From Bugula neritina (lineage: Eukaryota > Animalia > Bryozoa), in contig OZ037767.1 in the NCBI GenBank assembly GCA_964035545.1, positions 5,844,707-5,908,706 of the forward strand: a stretch of 64,000 bases of DNA. Direction: 5' to 3'. The notes below the pieces were generated by a model. The model saw nothing but the letters and a program-made list of their open reading frames with translations, had not been told where the DNA came from and made no database searches. This document shows, in pieces, positions 38,637 through 53,600 of the stretch (position 1 is its first letter; each line of letters begins with the position of its first letter). A program made the translations under genes and the position numbers.

Positions 38637-39797
38637 CCCTATGATATGCCAGCTCCTCTGTATAAAACTAGACACACTATTACATGTACAGTATATGGCT
38701 TAGAGCCATCTATCACATAGATTGTGGGTGAGAGATAAAACTGATATCTATCCTAAACATTTTACAAGCAAATAATAGACATGGAGCTTATACTTTACAC
38801 TATGCATGTTGCTAGAATGTGTTTCAACTCTTATAACTACTAGTCAGAGCTGCATGCCTCTATAACAGAGGAGAGTAGAATGAATGTTTGTAAATCTTCC
38901 TTAACAAACTTTATGTTAAATAATGTTTTGATCAACTGCTGCATCAATGGGCAGATAACTCTTCCTTTCATATTGTAACATAAAACATCAAACAATGCTA
39001 CTCTATTCTGACCACATCTCCATTTGTCAGATGCATTTTAGAGAACATTTTTCTAGTTGAATCTTGGTTTTTCATAAATTATGCAAGATGTTACAGAAAC
39101 AAGAAGTAGACCAAGAAACTGCAAGGACTATAATATTTTGTTTTAATAAAAAAGTTTGTAAGTATTTCATCTATTTTTAAGCCTTTTTAGGTTATAAGCA
39201 ACATGTTTATTGCGCAGAATACAGTTATAATATGAGTTATTCATTTGAAGAATTAACTATATACTTTATAGTTTTTTATTTTTATACAACAGACAATAAG
39301 TTGGCATATATGAGCTTTCAATTTGACTGAATATTGTGTGACTGAAACACGTGCAGCCATACATATTTAATAAGGAATACTATATAAAGTCAGTGCAAAG
39401 TTGTCCACCCCTGCCACATTATTGCATTAAAGCTTTTATTTCTTGTATTCCAGCTGTATAATACTGTAAAATACCATAAATGACTTAATAAAATGTTGGT
39501 AAATAGTTTTCTTTAAAAAAGTAAATTTTCAAATCCCATGAGAATAGGTAAAATACCATATATTATTGTGACTGAATAAAACTATTTTAGCTGTGAAAAA
39601 TATAAATGTAATAAATAGTCATCATTTTCTTCTTATTATAGATTACTGCAGTTTGTATAAGTTTTATTTATTCTATTATACTCAATATCATAGCAATTAA
39701 CAAGCCTTGAATTTCACTGTAATCAGGAGTAGAACAGCTTGTAAGAAATACCAATACTAACGTTCAACTCAAGTTCACTCAACAGTTTGATCTGCTG

Positions 39798-42700
39798 CTA
39801 TGGACTCTGAGGTGTAGAGCTAGTAACGCTAGTCTGTGTGTGGAGGAGCGGTATTTTGGTCTGCGATTTTCGTTTGACCACTCTGCTAAGTATTGCTGCC
39901 GCCTTTTCAACTCTTTCATTCTCAGTTATATCATCATTTATCTTCTCTTCACCTTCGCTGCTTTTGTCGGCAATAGTCTTTCTGTATTTTAATAATCTCG
40001 CTTTAATACTTCCTTTTTGTATGATAGATTCTTCATCAACAACAGGAGCAGACGACTCACTTGGTAATTTCCGGTTTTTGGTAGTTGTCAGCACACTCAT
40101 GACTATAGAAGCAGCACGAGTCCCGGGTTTATCTTAACACAAATTAGGTCATATGAATTGAAAGTCATAACATCGTGACCTTACTCATAATAGTTGGTCG
40201 CAATTTTCAAAAGAAATTAACTGCATTTAGCATTACTGCATGAGTTACAATCTTATGTGCAAACAAAAGTAGCTCAATAATTTATTGGATGATCACTCAT
40301 AGATTTTGAATATAATAATATCATTAACTTTTGAAAAATTTATATACTTTGTTTTAGGTGATCAAACATGTAATTTCTATATTATATACTTATTGACTTT
40401 TTCAACAAAACTTCTGAAAAGAGTTTTCTAATCTTGAAGCTATCATACTGCATAGCAACTAGATTGCATGTATAACAACATTCTGCACTTATACACCTCT
40501 AGACTGGTTGTTTAAAAATTACTGTCTTTTGTTTTAAACACTAACACATGAATGATATTAAAGACATGCATTTTTCAGCTTTATTATATATAGTCATAAC
40601 AAAACTTAGTGAAGTTATTAACTAGGAAATTTAAAATTACCTTTTAACTGTTTAGCCAAAAGACTGGCCATTAAATTAGAATCTTCAGCATACTCTTGTT
40701 CTGACCAGGTAGGTATAATGGTTCTTCTGTAGGAATCAGACATTTGCTGGGAGTATATATCAGTCAGATTGATCATGTCGCCCCAATACGTTTCTTGTAA
40801 CTAAATAATTTTGAATAAATTGAAATAATTATTATGAAGTTTTCACTTCACGTTCTGCCAGTTGAATTATTTTGCTTAATAAAGTAACTTACCAAGTTTA
40901 AACTAAAATAAATTGATCCAAGATGTTTTTGCTAACCATGAAATTCCAGCTTTTGTTTTAGCACATAAAATCATTGTTTATTTACTGCATGTAGCTTTAA
41001 GTTTAGCTGCATTTTTTACAACTATTGAGTAGCCTATATACTGACAGGAGAATATTATATATTAGCAGTATTATAACATTATATTACACTGTCACATGGC
41101 TGAGTGACTAATACAATAAACTAATTAAACTTTTACTTTGTATTGCATTTAATGGCATTTTGTGACTAAAACTAATGATAGGCTCAAAGGAAAAATAATT
41201 TTGTGACTCCGTTCTACAACAGTAATATTTAATCAGCTTGCATTAAAATTAATTGATTTTTCAAAATTATTATTATAGCTTTTTCTGCCTTGATAATAAT
41301 TTCAAGTAATCGCTTTTAATTATACAATTAACAGTCAACCATCAGCAGATATGCATAAGAATTTCACAGGCAAGCTTTGTACAGTGTACAACTCTAATAG
41401 GAGTGCCTAACCTTTTTCTTGTTGTACTGATGAGCTCGCTCTATATTCATAGCTTCTTTGCTTTCCTCTTTTTTTGATTTGACCCAACCATTTCCTTTAC
41501 TGTTTATCTTCAAAGTGATTTTCTTGCCTTTAGAAGGCTTAATGGCTGCCCCCAGCACACTGGTTCTCTTCTCTGTTATATTTGTCATGGGAGCCGTTCT
41601 AGGTCTTGGATTAAACTTTGTTGTTACTGTTAAACGCAAGTATATTGATTATGCATTAGAAGTTTGATATAAAGTCATGCAAATAAATGTGATGCCTGCT
41701 CTATTATGTTGTCAACTATATATCATACACGCATTTATTTTAATGCGATGTCAAAACATGATTATTAGTTGTAAAATGATTGTCACAACTAACTTTGAAC
41801 TATAAATTAAACTAGACTAACTAAACACATTTTCAAATCGCTCAAAAGTTTCAAAGTTGGCTAAAAAATGTGTGGTAAAAAAGTGAGAATATAAAGAATC
41901 CATTACCAAAATATTTGTTCAGCAAAGTATTTGCCCTTTTAAGAAGGCGTAAATCCCTGTTGGTTGAAAAAACAACCACTAAAGTATACATACAGCATAG
42001 AGGTAAGAAGGTAAGAATCATAAAGGATCGAAAAATTAAGAGAGTACAAACTGTATTTAGAGTTGCTAATATTAGAGTGTCCATATTCAAAAACAAATGA
42101 GTAATAGATACATTTTTCAGTACTTAAATATCATAGTTGTGTAAATTAAATATCTTCACTATTTATGCAGCCAGATTAACACAGATACACAGAAGCACAA
42201 AGGCAGTCAAACATCATTAAAAACATCCCATTTTAAGCGGCAGAAAATATTGTTATCAAGATTTTATGATTAGGGAAATATTTAAATATAATATTTACTT
42301 GTTCTTGGAATTGTAGATCTGCATGCTATACTCCTTTGCTCTAAAACCCCGGAGTTCTCCCGTGACATAGAGCCATAAAACTCTTTGAAGGCTGGTTTGG
42401 TGAATATTGGAGTCAGATTCTTTTTCTCAAACTTTAAAAAAGCATTATTATGTCTGAATAGAAAATGGACATCAAAAATAAAACCTTTTGTTAAGAAATA
42501 CATTGTACAACTCCAAATTTTTAGAGCTACTCTCAAGTTTTAGCTACATAATATCTGATCACAACAGCATTACGTTACTCAAAATATGATGCTTCTGCAG
42601 GATCGATGGTGATTTGCATGCTCAAACAGAAACTTGTACAAAACTGTTCTAACAACAAAGGCAGGCTTTGCTATGGTATCGTTTGAAAATAATTAAACAA

Positions 42701-45700
42701 AATATTTAATTTCTAAACTAAAAAAATTGATTCTGCAATTTTCTGTATATAACTTTTTAGAAGAATATAAGGAGCTGAGTGGATCAATTAAACATGATAC
42801 AACCAATCAGCTTGCATTATATACATTTTTCTGAGTCAGTACTTATAAGATAATTCAATCCTAATTCATAAATACTTATAATTTAATTTAGCTTTATTCT
42901 TTTTTCTATAAACATTGCTTTTTATCAACTAGCCTGTAGGTGGTACATTACCTCAATGTCGTTATGACTTCTGCGTGTGAAAGTTGTATCTGGGTCAAGG
43001 ACATTTTCCGAGGCTGGCCAATCATAATATATGTGAAACCAGTCATCAACACTGAGAAAATACAAGCTGTCGTACACAACTTTAGACACATCCACTTTCT
43101 GACTCATGTAGCGGGCAACTTCCAGCCGACCGTAACTGGCAGCTATGAGTAATGGTGTGAAACCAGACTTGTTTCTCGAGTCAGCATTAACTTTATACCT
43201 GAAATGTTGCAATTATGACATCATGCAGCATTCTTTATTTTGTATGTTCAATACTTTCATAAGCATATAGTTATTGCATTGCTTGCTATTGTTTACTAGG
43301 ATTTCTACACTAATTCTTAATGTATATGATCTTATACGGGAAATTTTTTGTTTTGCCATTTTTTGGCTTTTTTGGAACAAAGTAAAGTTTCTGCTTATGC
43401 TTCAACTAAACTTCCAAGAGTACTTTGTTCATTTATTCCGTGCATGATGATTTAGCAAATTAAAATATGTCTAGAATATACTATGATAATATAACAATAC
43501 GCATAGAATAATATTATTGATATTTCAATAATATCTATAGATTGCCTACAGTCATTACAACTTGACGACTCGGCAAATAAAAACCTTTAACTACCACCTG
43601 AACATATATAAACTCTATATCCTTTATACACATAGGCCCACTATAAATACGTGAACTTTGGGAATAGGATTGCATGTTTCAATGTGTGAGCTAAGTCGTG
43701 GGTGTAGGCCAGATGTTACAAATAGTTGACCTTATATGATCTAAAAGTTAGCTACAACAAGTATCCACCTACGTAAGGTAGTAGGAACTCAGCTAATTAA
43801 TTAGATTCTTTGCTAGGTTATGATGCATATAGCAAGTACTACTGTATATAAACTTACCGTTGGGGGCAATTTTAATTAAATTCTATAAGAAAATATCATA
43901 AACAAGGACAAATTTAAAAAGAGAAACATTCTTGAAAATGTGCAAAAATACAATTATCTAAACAAAGGCATTTATTTAACCATCTATATATAAGAGTGCA
44001 GGAAAACTCAACACCCATATTATGGTGAAGGTGGCCTATTAATCTTGGTCCAATTGTATAATCATTAGTAAACATTTCCAACTCATGGTTACATTTTATT
44101 GATGCCACTAATTACATGCTTTGAAAACGTTTAAATCTAAACTATGCACTTAATTCAGGAGTATATTTCTGTGGATTAGGTATTTTTCACCGACTTATGT
44201 TTCAATTAGCTGAATCTATCTTGCGTGTGAGATAACTTTAGACTAAACATGTATTTACTTATTACTTGCTCTTCAAATTTAATTTTATCTTTTTATGTAC
44301 AGATGTTAAAAAAATGTTACCAACAGGCTATCTGCCTGAAACAACAATTGATGCTAATTTTATAGTTAATCTTGGCAAAAAAAACCATTTATAATCGTTT
44401 ATATCAGGCTTGAAAAAATAAATAAGGATAGTTGGTTTTTGTTAAATTATTTTAAGATAATAGATATGCAAAAGTTACTCACAGAGTGTGCAGTAATAAT
44501 TTTTAATTTTAATGCTCCCAATGAAATTATAAATTAATTTTAAATTGAAATTCTATTGTCCCCTAAAATATATTTTAAGTAATGAAAACTTGTCATCAAA
44601 AATTCAAAAACTATTTGCTAGTGAGCCATGTGATACCATAGCTGAGTGAGTTCCATTGTCAATTACATCACATTTTAAATTAGTGTTATATTTGTGTTAT
44701 AGAGCTACTATTTGTTTACTTTTATTGCTATAGGCAACCTGAGCCACAAGACAAAGATTTTTCAAAACACATTATATGTACATATAGATGTTGATACAGA
44801 TAACAAGAATCTTCAAGGCCTATAGTTGGTAATAACAACTATAGCAACTAAACAACAACAAACAGCTGGGATACCTGGTAAGGTATGGCAGCAAGAGTTT
44901 GACTAGGGTAGTCTCATAGTGAGCGACAGCGTAGTGTAATGGCGTATTCCCGTACATGTCTTTAGAGTTCACTGGGCAGTCAGTAAAGTGCTTCAGCAAC
45001 AGACTGGCCATTTCCGGAATATTCCGCTACAAAAAAAACGTTCAATAAGATTTTATTTACAGAAATATTTAGTAACTATTTTTACATGTAGGTAAATTCA
45101 ATTAGTAATAATAGGCATTTTACACAATTTCCAGCTTGTGCAAATTACTACTTCGCCAATTGTCTCTGATAATTCTGTAGCCATGTGTCGCAGCTTTAGA
45201 CTCAAAATATAATTATTTCCTTGTTAAATTATATGTCTTATTTATAAAACAAGTTTTCATATTATTATCAGTAATATAAAAAGCAGATTCTTGAAGAAAA
45301 GCACTTGCACATTTATGAGGGGAATGCCGTGTCAAAACTGTGTGTTTTCTAATAACAACTCAGATATACAGCTACAGTTTCAAATTAATATGACTAAAAT
45401 AACTCTAGTTACAGATTTCTAATGAATTTTTCCTTTTATTTTCATCACATTTTTTTAAAATAAAGAAAGCTCTATCTGCTAAGAGATGTGAACATTCTAA
45501 TTTAATTACGTTACTAGATACTAGAAAAGCTATAATTAATCCTTTGGGGTATTTTATTGTCAATACAATTACTGTGAAGTTTTTTTAGTTCATAGTTTCC
45601 TGAGCAGCTCGTTATTGATTAGACATACAATCAATAAATCATTCTGTTGAATTACTGTTGGGCTGTTAGTGTCATTCAGAGTTTAACATGTACTCTCTAG

Positions 45701-48361
45701 TAATATTCATGCTTGTTGCTTTAGGAAACATGAGATCCTTGAATTGGTGTAAAAGGAAATTATGCTAACTTTATTCCAAGTTTGCTATAGTAACTGATAA
45801 TTCTTTTTTGATAAAATAATATAAAAGGTTTTCTGATAACCAATCTTATTATTAAAGAGCTTAAGATTTACTCAAACTATGAAGTGAAATAAAAAGTAGA
45901 TACTATGTTATAGAAAAGTAAAACTATCACAAAAAATATAAATCCTGCAGTTTTTTGTTATTCTGAACCCTAATATTGCAAAATATAATATTTTTAGCCA
46001 TTAATATTACCAAAATCACTTTGATTAAAAAGATCTTACAAAAAAACACAAAAAATACATCTTTGTTTACTCAATCATTATAGAACTAAGTTTCTAAACA
46101 TAGCCTGCAGCTTCTCACATGGCTATTAAAATATAAAATTTCTAAGGAAAGCTAAGCAAATTTCACAAATAATGCTTCTCTGTTGAGTATTTAAAAATCA
46201 ACCCTTCCATATCAATAATAAATTCACAACATGTACCTTGCAGGCTATATGTAGCGGTGTTAACCCTTCTTCATCTTCTACGTCTGTGTTAGCTCCATTT
46301 GCCAGCAAAATTTTCAACAGTTTCAAGGAAATCTAAAAGAAAAATTTATTTGTTCTGCAATATGTTTTGCTCGTAAAACAAAACCTCCCCCTCCCCCTCC
46401 CCCTCCCCTTTCCCCTCCCCCTCCCCCCTCCTCCTTGTTACTCATTAGCTTTTCAATAGTTACAAGTACCTGGATGTTGTCTATCGAGCTGCATATCTTT
46501 ATCAAAGGTGTGTTCAGCTTCCCATCTAATTCGTTGAGATCACATCTGAGGTTTACAAGGTAGAGAAATTGATGGTACCTTTGCTCATCAAGACAGGTGT
46601 GTAACGACCCCATACTTAAGTCTACAGGTGTAAAGCATAACATCCAGGCTAAATAAAATACTATAAAGAAACAATCTTTGACATCTAAACTTTTTGTTTA
46701 CTAATGAAATTATTCTTTTAGATTTGTTCATTCAATTTTTCATTTAATCATCTCCACTTGCAATACTTGCTACACTCTATATATCTATTCTACATACATT
46801 ATATTTTCACATCGTTACAAATATAATTACTCATTCCAATTTTATTACACTGATTTTTATTATCCTGCACTTTACTCTTTAGTGCTCCAATATTTCTATA
46901 AACTTGATTACTATATGGCTATATATACCCGCAATGCCGCATTAATACATTTCTCTATACATACATGTGTTTTCATTCACACACACACGCACACGCACAC
47001 GCACACGCACACGCACACGCACACACACACACACACTACTTACATTACCGGGTTTCCTTCTATTTCCAGAGTTAGCTTACAATATTTAGGTATAAAGATA
47101 AATATGCACACTTGTTATATGACCGTCTGCTCTGTATCTTGATATTCTAGTAGTGCAGCACGAGATAACATACATGTGGAAGAGAGATAATGAGTTGCAA
47201 TACAAGCTTAGTGCAGAATATAAACATCAGCCTTGGAAACAATGCATGTAATAATAAAACAAACACAACACAAAGAATTGGATGGCACTAGCACATAGTA
47301 ACAACAAAATCAATAACTTTCAATAAGCTATCATGCAAGATTCATTAGAGTCTCCTTTATTTTAAAGCCTAAAATGATTTTCTCTTATTAATTCTAGAGT
47401 TCTAATTAGATACATGAAAGCAACTAAAGAAAATGTTATTGTTTCAATTATATACAACTCATCATATTGAGTTATTCAACAGAATGAAGTCGCCAAACTA
47501 TGTTTAATTTTAAAAAAAATACTTGTATTCAAAATCAGTCAAGTTAAAATATCAAACTTTCAGCTAACTTTTTCTTCTAAAGCAAGCATTGTAAAATATA
47601 CATGCAGTTCGCAGTTATGTTTAGTGATTATAGATTACAACTGACCATTTAATGTTGGGCAAATTACACATTTTGTGAAATTAAATCATAGTTATTAAAA
47701 AATTTCAGCTGTCACAGTTTTATTAAAATATTTTTACTGCAAAAGTTAAAACTAACTTATAAAAATTGATTTTAGTGAATAAACCAAGAAGAGAGTTGAC
47801 AGAATTCTCTGATTAGGCATAATTTTATAATTTTTTCTGGCTCTGTAGGTGATTTAATTTAAGTATATGCCACAGGGTACCAATACTAATTGAAATACAC
47901 AATAAAACTCCAATTTAGGTTTAGTTGTATTCTCCAATCACACAAACGTCAAAGTTAGCTTTAATTATTTACACACCTTTCATTATTTATGTGATGTGTT
48001 TCATAGACACTGTTTGATTTTAAAGGAAACAAAATAAATTCTCTATTACTAGCAATTCAACTGACAATTATACATAATAAATAATGTATTAAAAATGTTG
48101 TGTCCATACAAGATATATAGTTTAAATTACATTGATTTAATATTGTGTATCCAAGACTCTTTTATCTAAATTGATTTCTTTCAATGTTATTGATACCTTA
48201 CCACTGTTTTGAAAAAGCTTCATATAAAACTAAAAACACTCAAGCTGGATTCAAATAAAAGAGTTGCAATGTTATGACTGATTCCATCAACAGTTAACAA
48301 AGTCAGCGGTTCTAAACTTACCTGTAGTTGAGTGCAGGTAAGGTCCGTGTTTTTCTGTCAT
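39798..48361 (-). CDS. Ankyrin-repeat protein (about 538 aa): three to four N-terminal ankyrin repeats and a basic, low-complexity C-terminal region
   Basis: Exons 48361-48322, 46621-46470, 46332-46237, 45026-44875, 43198-42952, 42643-42579, 42453-42299, 41626-41412, 40800-40641, 40132-39798 are phase-compatible and sum to 1617 nt. Ankyrin motifs: LNTPLIKIC, GANTDVEDEEGLTPLHIAC, DMYGNTPLHYAV, NKSGFTPLLIAASYG. The first exon and the 65-nt exon are the least certain. Confidence 0.8.
46978..47036. repeat. (CA)n/(CACGCA)n microsatellite
   Basis: Directly visible. Confidence 0.9.
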
Positions 48362-50692
48362 GAAAATTAATAAAACACTTGATCATATAACAATATGCTT
48401 GCCGTCAATTCTACTTGTTGATTTTAAGTCATTGAGTTACTTGTAAAATAAACAGCGTAATGCCCTAAACCCTATGTCAATGTTTAAGTGATTAATTGAT
48501 AAGTGATATTAGGCCTGATTGTGTTGTAAAACATATAAAGAGGATTACACATTCACATGTTTTACTAATTGTGTAAAGTGTAGGTGGTCGTGTCAAGGAG
48601 AGATTAGTCTTGTTGCTTGTTTTAGCCTAACTGCCTAACAACCGGCTCAATTTCTTTCATGTGATAGTCTAAAATGTTGAAACTTCCGGTCAAATGTATA
48701 ATTTATGAAAATGCATTATTAATTTCACAAGATATTAATTAGTATATAGGTTGTTTCTCTCTTGTAACACAACATAGTAAGAAACAAGTAAAGCTTAGAA
48801 ACACATTATCAATAAATAAGTTGTTTGTTGTTGTTTATAATTGAATGTTGAATTTAACGGTATATTTATTCCACATTATCTTACAAAATATAGACTACCC
48901 ATATCTTATTAAAATAAATGCACTTTTAATAGCAATAGAAGTGTTGTCTTCTCTTTGAAAGTAACAAAAAATTTGCACTCGGTGTCAACTGGTATAGCAA
49001 ATTTGCAGATAAGTGGTAAGACAGAAATAAGAGCCTAAGTACAATGTCGACTACAAAATCCAAACCTGTAGTTGTTAATATGTATTTTATTTTTTAAACC
49101 AATTAAATTTAAATGAAACTGCTAAATAAAATAGACTATTTTTAACTGTTAAATGCTGCTTTAATTTTCAGTTATTAGTATTAGCCTTGTTTATGCATGA
49201 AGAATATAGCATGACTAGTAACAACCATAACATATCATAATCATTTTATAGGTTTACAACTTATTTTGCAAACTGCTTATTTTGAAATATATACACATGT
49301 GTGCATTGAAACTACACTTTACTGTGTAGTTATAGTATTATATTAGCACAGATCAAAACTTTAGGTTTCAGCTAAATATCTTAACCTAAAAAATGCCATA
49401 ACATTTGCTTACAAAGCTTAAGATTTTTATTGATTTTTTATTTGTTTTTCCTATTACTTTTTTTATTAGAGTAATAATTTATAATAGAAATTCTGTTGTA
49501 ATTGTGAGCATGTTTTTTAATTATATTAGTTTCAACAAGTACAAATTTTCACCAAATGGTTATAAGTAAATATTTTAGACATGATTGCTTAGCACAACAT
49601 TAACGCCAACTCTGGTGACAATTAAGGTGCCTTTTTCAACATTTGTTCTAGAGTATTTTTATATCAACTATAAAATTATAATGTCCCTATTTTGTCTCAG
49701 CATCATCTAGCAGTGTATAAAGTTTTCAATGTACTGTGTGCTATTGAATGTAATATAAATGTAATAACTTTTTCTGTAACACACTGAAATAATATTGATT
49801 CATGACAGGTGAGTTATATTATAATTATTTAGGTCATACTTAAGTATACTAAGTTTTTGATGGGAAATGCTGTATTGCGGTGGCTCGTGGAGCTACTGTC
49901 ATAACGAAGAAGGGGGAAATATTAATTCCCTTCTAAGTGCAGCACGGGGTCACTAGGTGTGTTAAGAAGATGGCCCGAGACAGCAATCCGCCAATAGGAA
50001 TCATGAACTATAATTACGAACTGTGACTTCCCGCGTAACAGTTAGTTATGAGTAGACATACAAACTGTAAACACTGTGCTGAGTAGTTATATGTGTATTT
50101 GGATGGATGTAATTTTTAGATTGTGTATCTGTTGTATAAATATATTATTGTAAACCTAAATACACTTGCGAAGTTGATTTAGATTATGTGTTATGAAATA
50201 ACTTGATTGCACACTAAAACCCACAATACTGAAAAAGATAACAGTATGTATCAGTTAATGGTCACCTGAGAACCTAAATTTTTGAGTTTGGTTATTCCGA
50301 ATTTGTCAAAATCAGAGTCCTAACAAACTTAATGCAAAGAAGCATGATGTCTAGCATTTGTCTAAATCAAAATCATTACCAAAATTATATTTGTTATTAT
50401 TCATATTTGTTATATTTCATTTCTAATGTTTTAAAACTGCTCAGATCTGCGCTGAGCCAAGCTATGCAAACATATTGCAAAGGTCAAATAAATTGGGCAC
50501 ACCAGAAATAAAAATTCTATAATGAAATTAAATAAATATGATTTGCTTTAAAGAAAATTGTCAAAATCATTCAAACACAATTAATAATATACAGTTATAG
50601 AAAAATATTTCAAAAGTAAGGTGTAAATATTATAATACTGGAATATATTAAGAAAAAGTGTATTGTATATATAGTTGAAGAGTACTTTAATT

Positions 50693-53600
50693 CTACACAC
50701 AGGCACAATTCGTAGGATAATAGAAGTACTGTTGCTGCATACCACCGCCACTAAGACGGAATAGAATGTTAAACACTTGATACTGATAGCCAACGCAGGT
50801 AGCTGGTGGTAACTTGTCTATGATATTTAGCCTCTTCATCTTCATGTTCACCATCCAGTACCTGTCGTGGGGCTGTTGTTGCTGGAGAGGGACTGAGTCT
50901 ACATCGTCAGAGTAGATGTTATTGAATGTCTTGGCACTTGCACACCCTCCAGAGCAGTAGTAAACCGGCACACCGCCGTCACCTGAGGTCATGACCCCTT
51001 GATGACCCGCTGTCTCTGTCACCCAATTGGTCAAGCTAGTGAGACTGAAATAAAAAGATTACAGCAGTTGTAAATTGATGTGCTAAGGTAGTGCGTAGGT
51101 GTAAACTGTAATATTACTGCGGCTATAATATACATACTATAATGTGCAATAGTTGCCAACACGCAGTAAACTGATTTATTGGATTTTATTTTATTTTTAT
51201 TGCTGATTATAAGTTTTAATTATATCTATTATCACATCATTTTCTTGTTCCATTTATACTTAGCGATTAAGTTTGTGATTGGTTGAAGCTTTTATAAATT
51301 TAAATGCTAGAGTGATCTGTAACATTTTTTATTTTTATTGCTGATTGTAAATCTAGATTTTGGCTAATAATGAGGCTACTTTTAGTTTTTGGCAACATGA
51401 TGGAATGATTTATTATTACATTTTACAGTTTTATTGCCAATTTTGTGAATTTTAATCTCATTTTTTAAAATGACAGTTTCCTATTTATTGTATATTGAAG
51501 AGCTAGATTGGTGACTGCTGGAACAAACTTATAAAGTTTAATGAGCTGTAAAATGTTTTACTATTTATAGTAATTTATTTTTTTCTAATTGCAAAACTGT
51601 GTAATTTATTTTTCATGTATATTTATGGGAAGCAGAGAGTAAGGCAAAGCTGTGGTATAGTGCTTAGAGTGCTGGCCTAGTGGTTCGAGCCAAACAACAA
51701 CGGCGGCCATGATAGAAATAGCATTTAGTGATAATTACGCCTGTGCCACATATGAATAAGTCTTTAGTCGATTTAGAAAACCCTTTCCATCAGGGGTTCT
51801 CACAGGGATAGTAACTACAACTTGTGTGAGTGTTTGATAAACTTACGGTACAGTCTTTCTCACTAAAGAACAAGCTTGGTTGTTTGCTGATCTTCGCTGC
51901 CGATTGAGATACTTTTGGCTGCTTGCCAGTTTTAGAATCTGTTCCTTGTATCTATTCACAACAGCTGACAGCTTGGACTTAGTCATAGGAGCTAAGTCTT
52001 TAGTTTTTAGTATTTCATGGAACCTGAAATATATTATTTAAGATATTATATTGCCAATGCCACCACTTGTATAAGTAACACTAGTAAACCTGTTAATAAA
52101 TAAACTTGCGCTTCATATAAAATTTACATTAGCCTTTATTCTGTATAATTATCACTCCTTTTATCATTTGATGCACGGGGACAGTGGTAATCAAATGAAA
52201 CCACAAACATAAGTTAATGCAAGCCGCAAATCCGCTCGTACAGAATTCCATACAATATACGAGACCGCAGTAATAGAGTGAGGTAAAGTAAAGTAGTAGC
52301 AAAACCTAGTTTAGAAAACAATTGCACAAAACTTACTCTGTACCAATATATCAAATCAGACCCCTCGGATAGTAGTTCATAATAAAACTAATAACGTAGA
52401 TGCAGCAATCATGAAATGTCATTATATAATATTATATATTATACTAGTATAGCTGCAATAAACAAGCAGGCTCTGCTATATTATATTTTTTATGTAATTG
52501 TTGTTGAAAATTGGACATCTTGTGTTAACAAACCCCAACCAGGTTTTTAGTGATCAGAGAGTGAATTAGTGATATGGTGGGACTTACTTGGTGACAAACT
52601 TTTGCTCAGATCTGGAATTGTTCCCTGGAATCAAGTCTGCGACTATCATGACATCCAGAGGCTTGGTGTGATGTCCAAAGGTAAGCACACTTTTAGTGAT
52701 TTTTTTCACAGTAATTTGCAGATTGGCGCCACAAATCTCCAATACTTCCCTAGCAAGAAGCAACTATTGTTACTATCATTTAGTGATATTAAAAAAAAAG
52801 TTAAATTGTGTAAATGCATGGGGAATCATTGTTAAAATGTTGTAAATTTGAAAATTGTTTAACAACTAGAAACAAGAGAAAGTTAGTCAGCAACATTAAT
52901 AAACAGATTAATAAACTGATTAGCAGAATAATCTCTAACTAAGCTGATTGGGAGTTGTTTTCCATGAGTCTGTTCAGATTACCTCAGATTATTACTATTA
53001 AAGATGTCATATCAATTAAAAGCCAACAATTGCAGGTATAAATATAATATCCTTAGACTATTATTATAGTCATCTAATAATACTCCAGATACACAAAGCA
53101 GCTGCTTTTGCAACATTTAGATCATATCCTTCACATTATTATCACTTTAGAGTGCTTTACTAACTTAGAGCCAGTTAGATATGGCAGAAAAAATAGCTTT
53201 TGGAAATTCCATCTGCAGCGACTTTAGCCTTGACACGTTGTTGCGGTCAATGCACTTCAGAGCGACAAATTACTAATAGATTTTCCACTAAAGTACACAA
53301 AAATTGTGAAAATGTGAAAGAAAATGTGAAAAAATATAAAAAAATTAATTTATTATAATCACTATTGCCATCAACCAATCAGTTGCTGTGCACACCTGAA
53401 GTAGAACAGTTAATTCCATTTTATCATCATTTCCAACACACCTATCACTCGTTAGCAGCAGCCTTTACAATATTTAATGAGCAGCCTATGCTGAGAAATT
53501 TAATAACCAAAATCAGCAGGATTATAGATAGAAGCTGATGACGCAAGGACGCAGGAATTATTACCAACTTCCTAGAGGGTGGAGGGTGGATGAACCCACA

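Noticed and set aside
49044-49081. MSTTKSK resemblance to the SLC22 N-termini (MASTKYK, MTSAKSK) as a sixth paralogue
   Set aside because: Similarity stops after about 7 codons and no other SLC22 exons follow.
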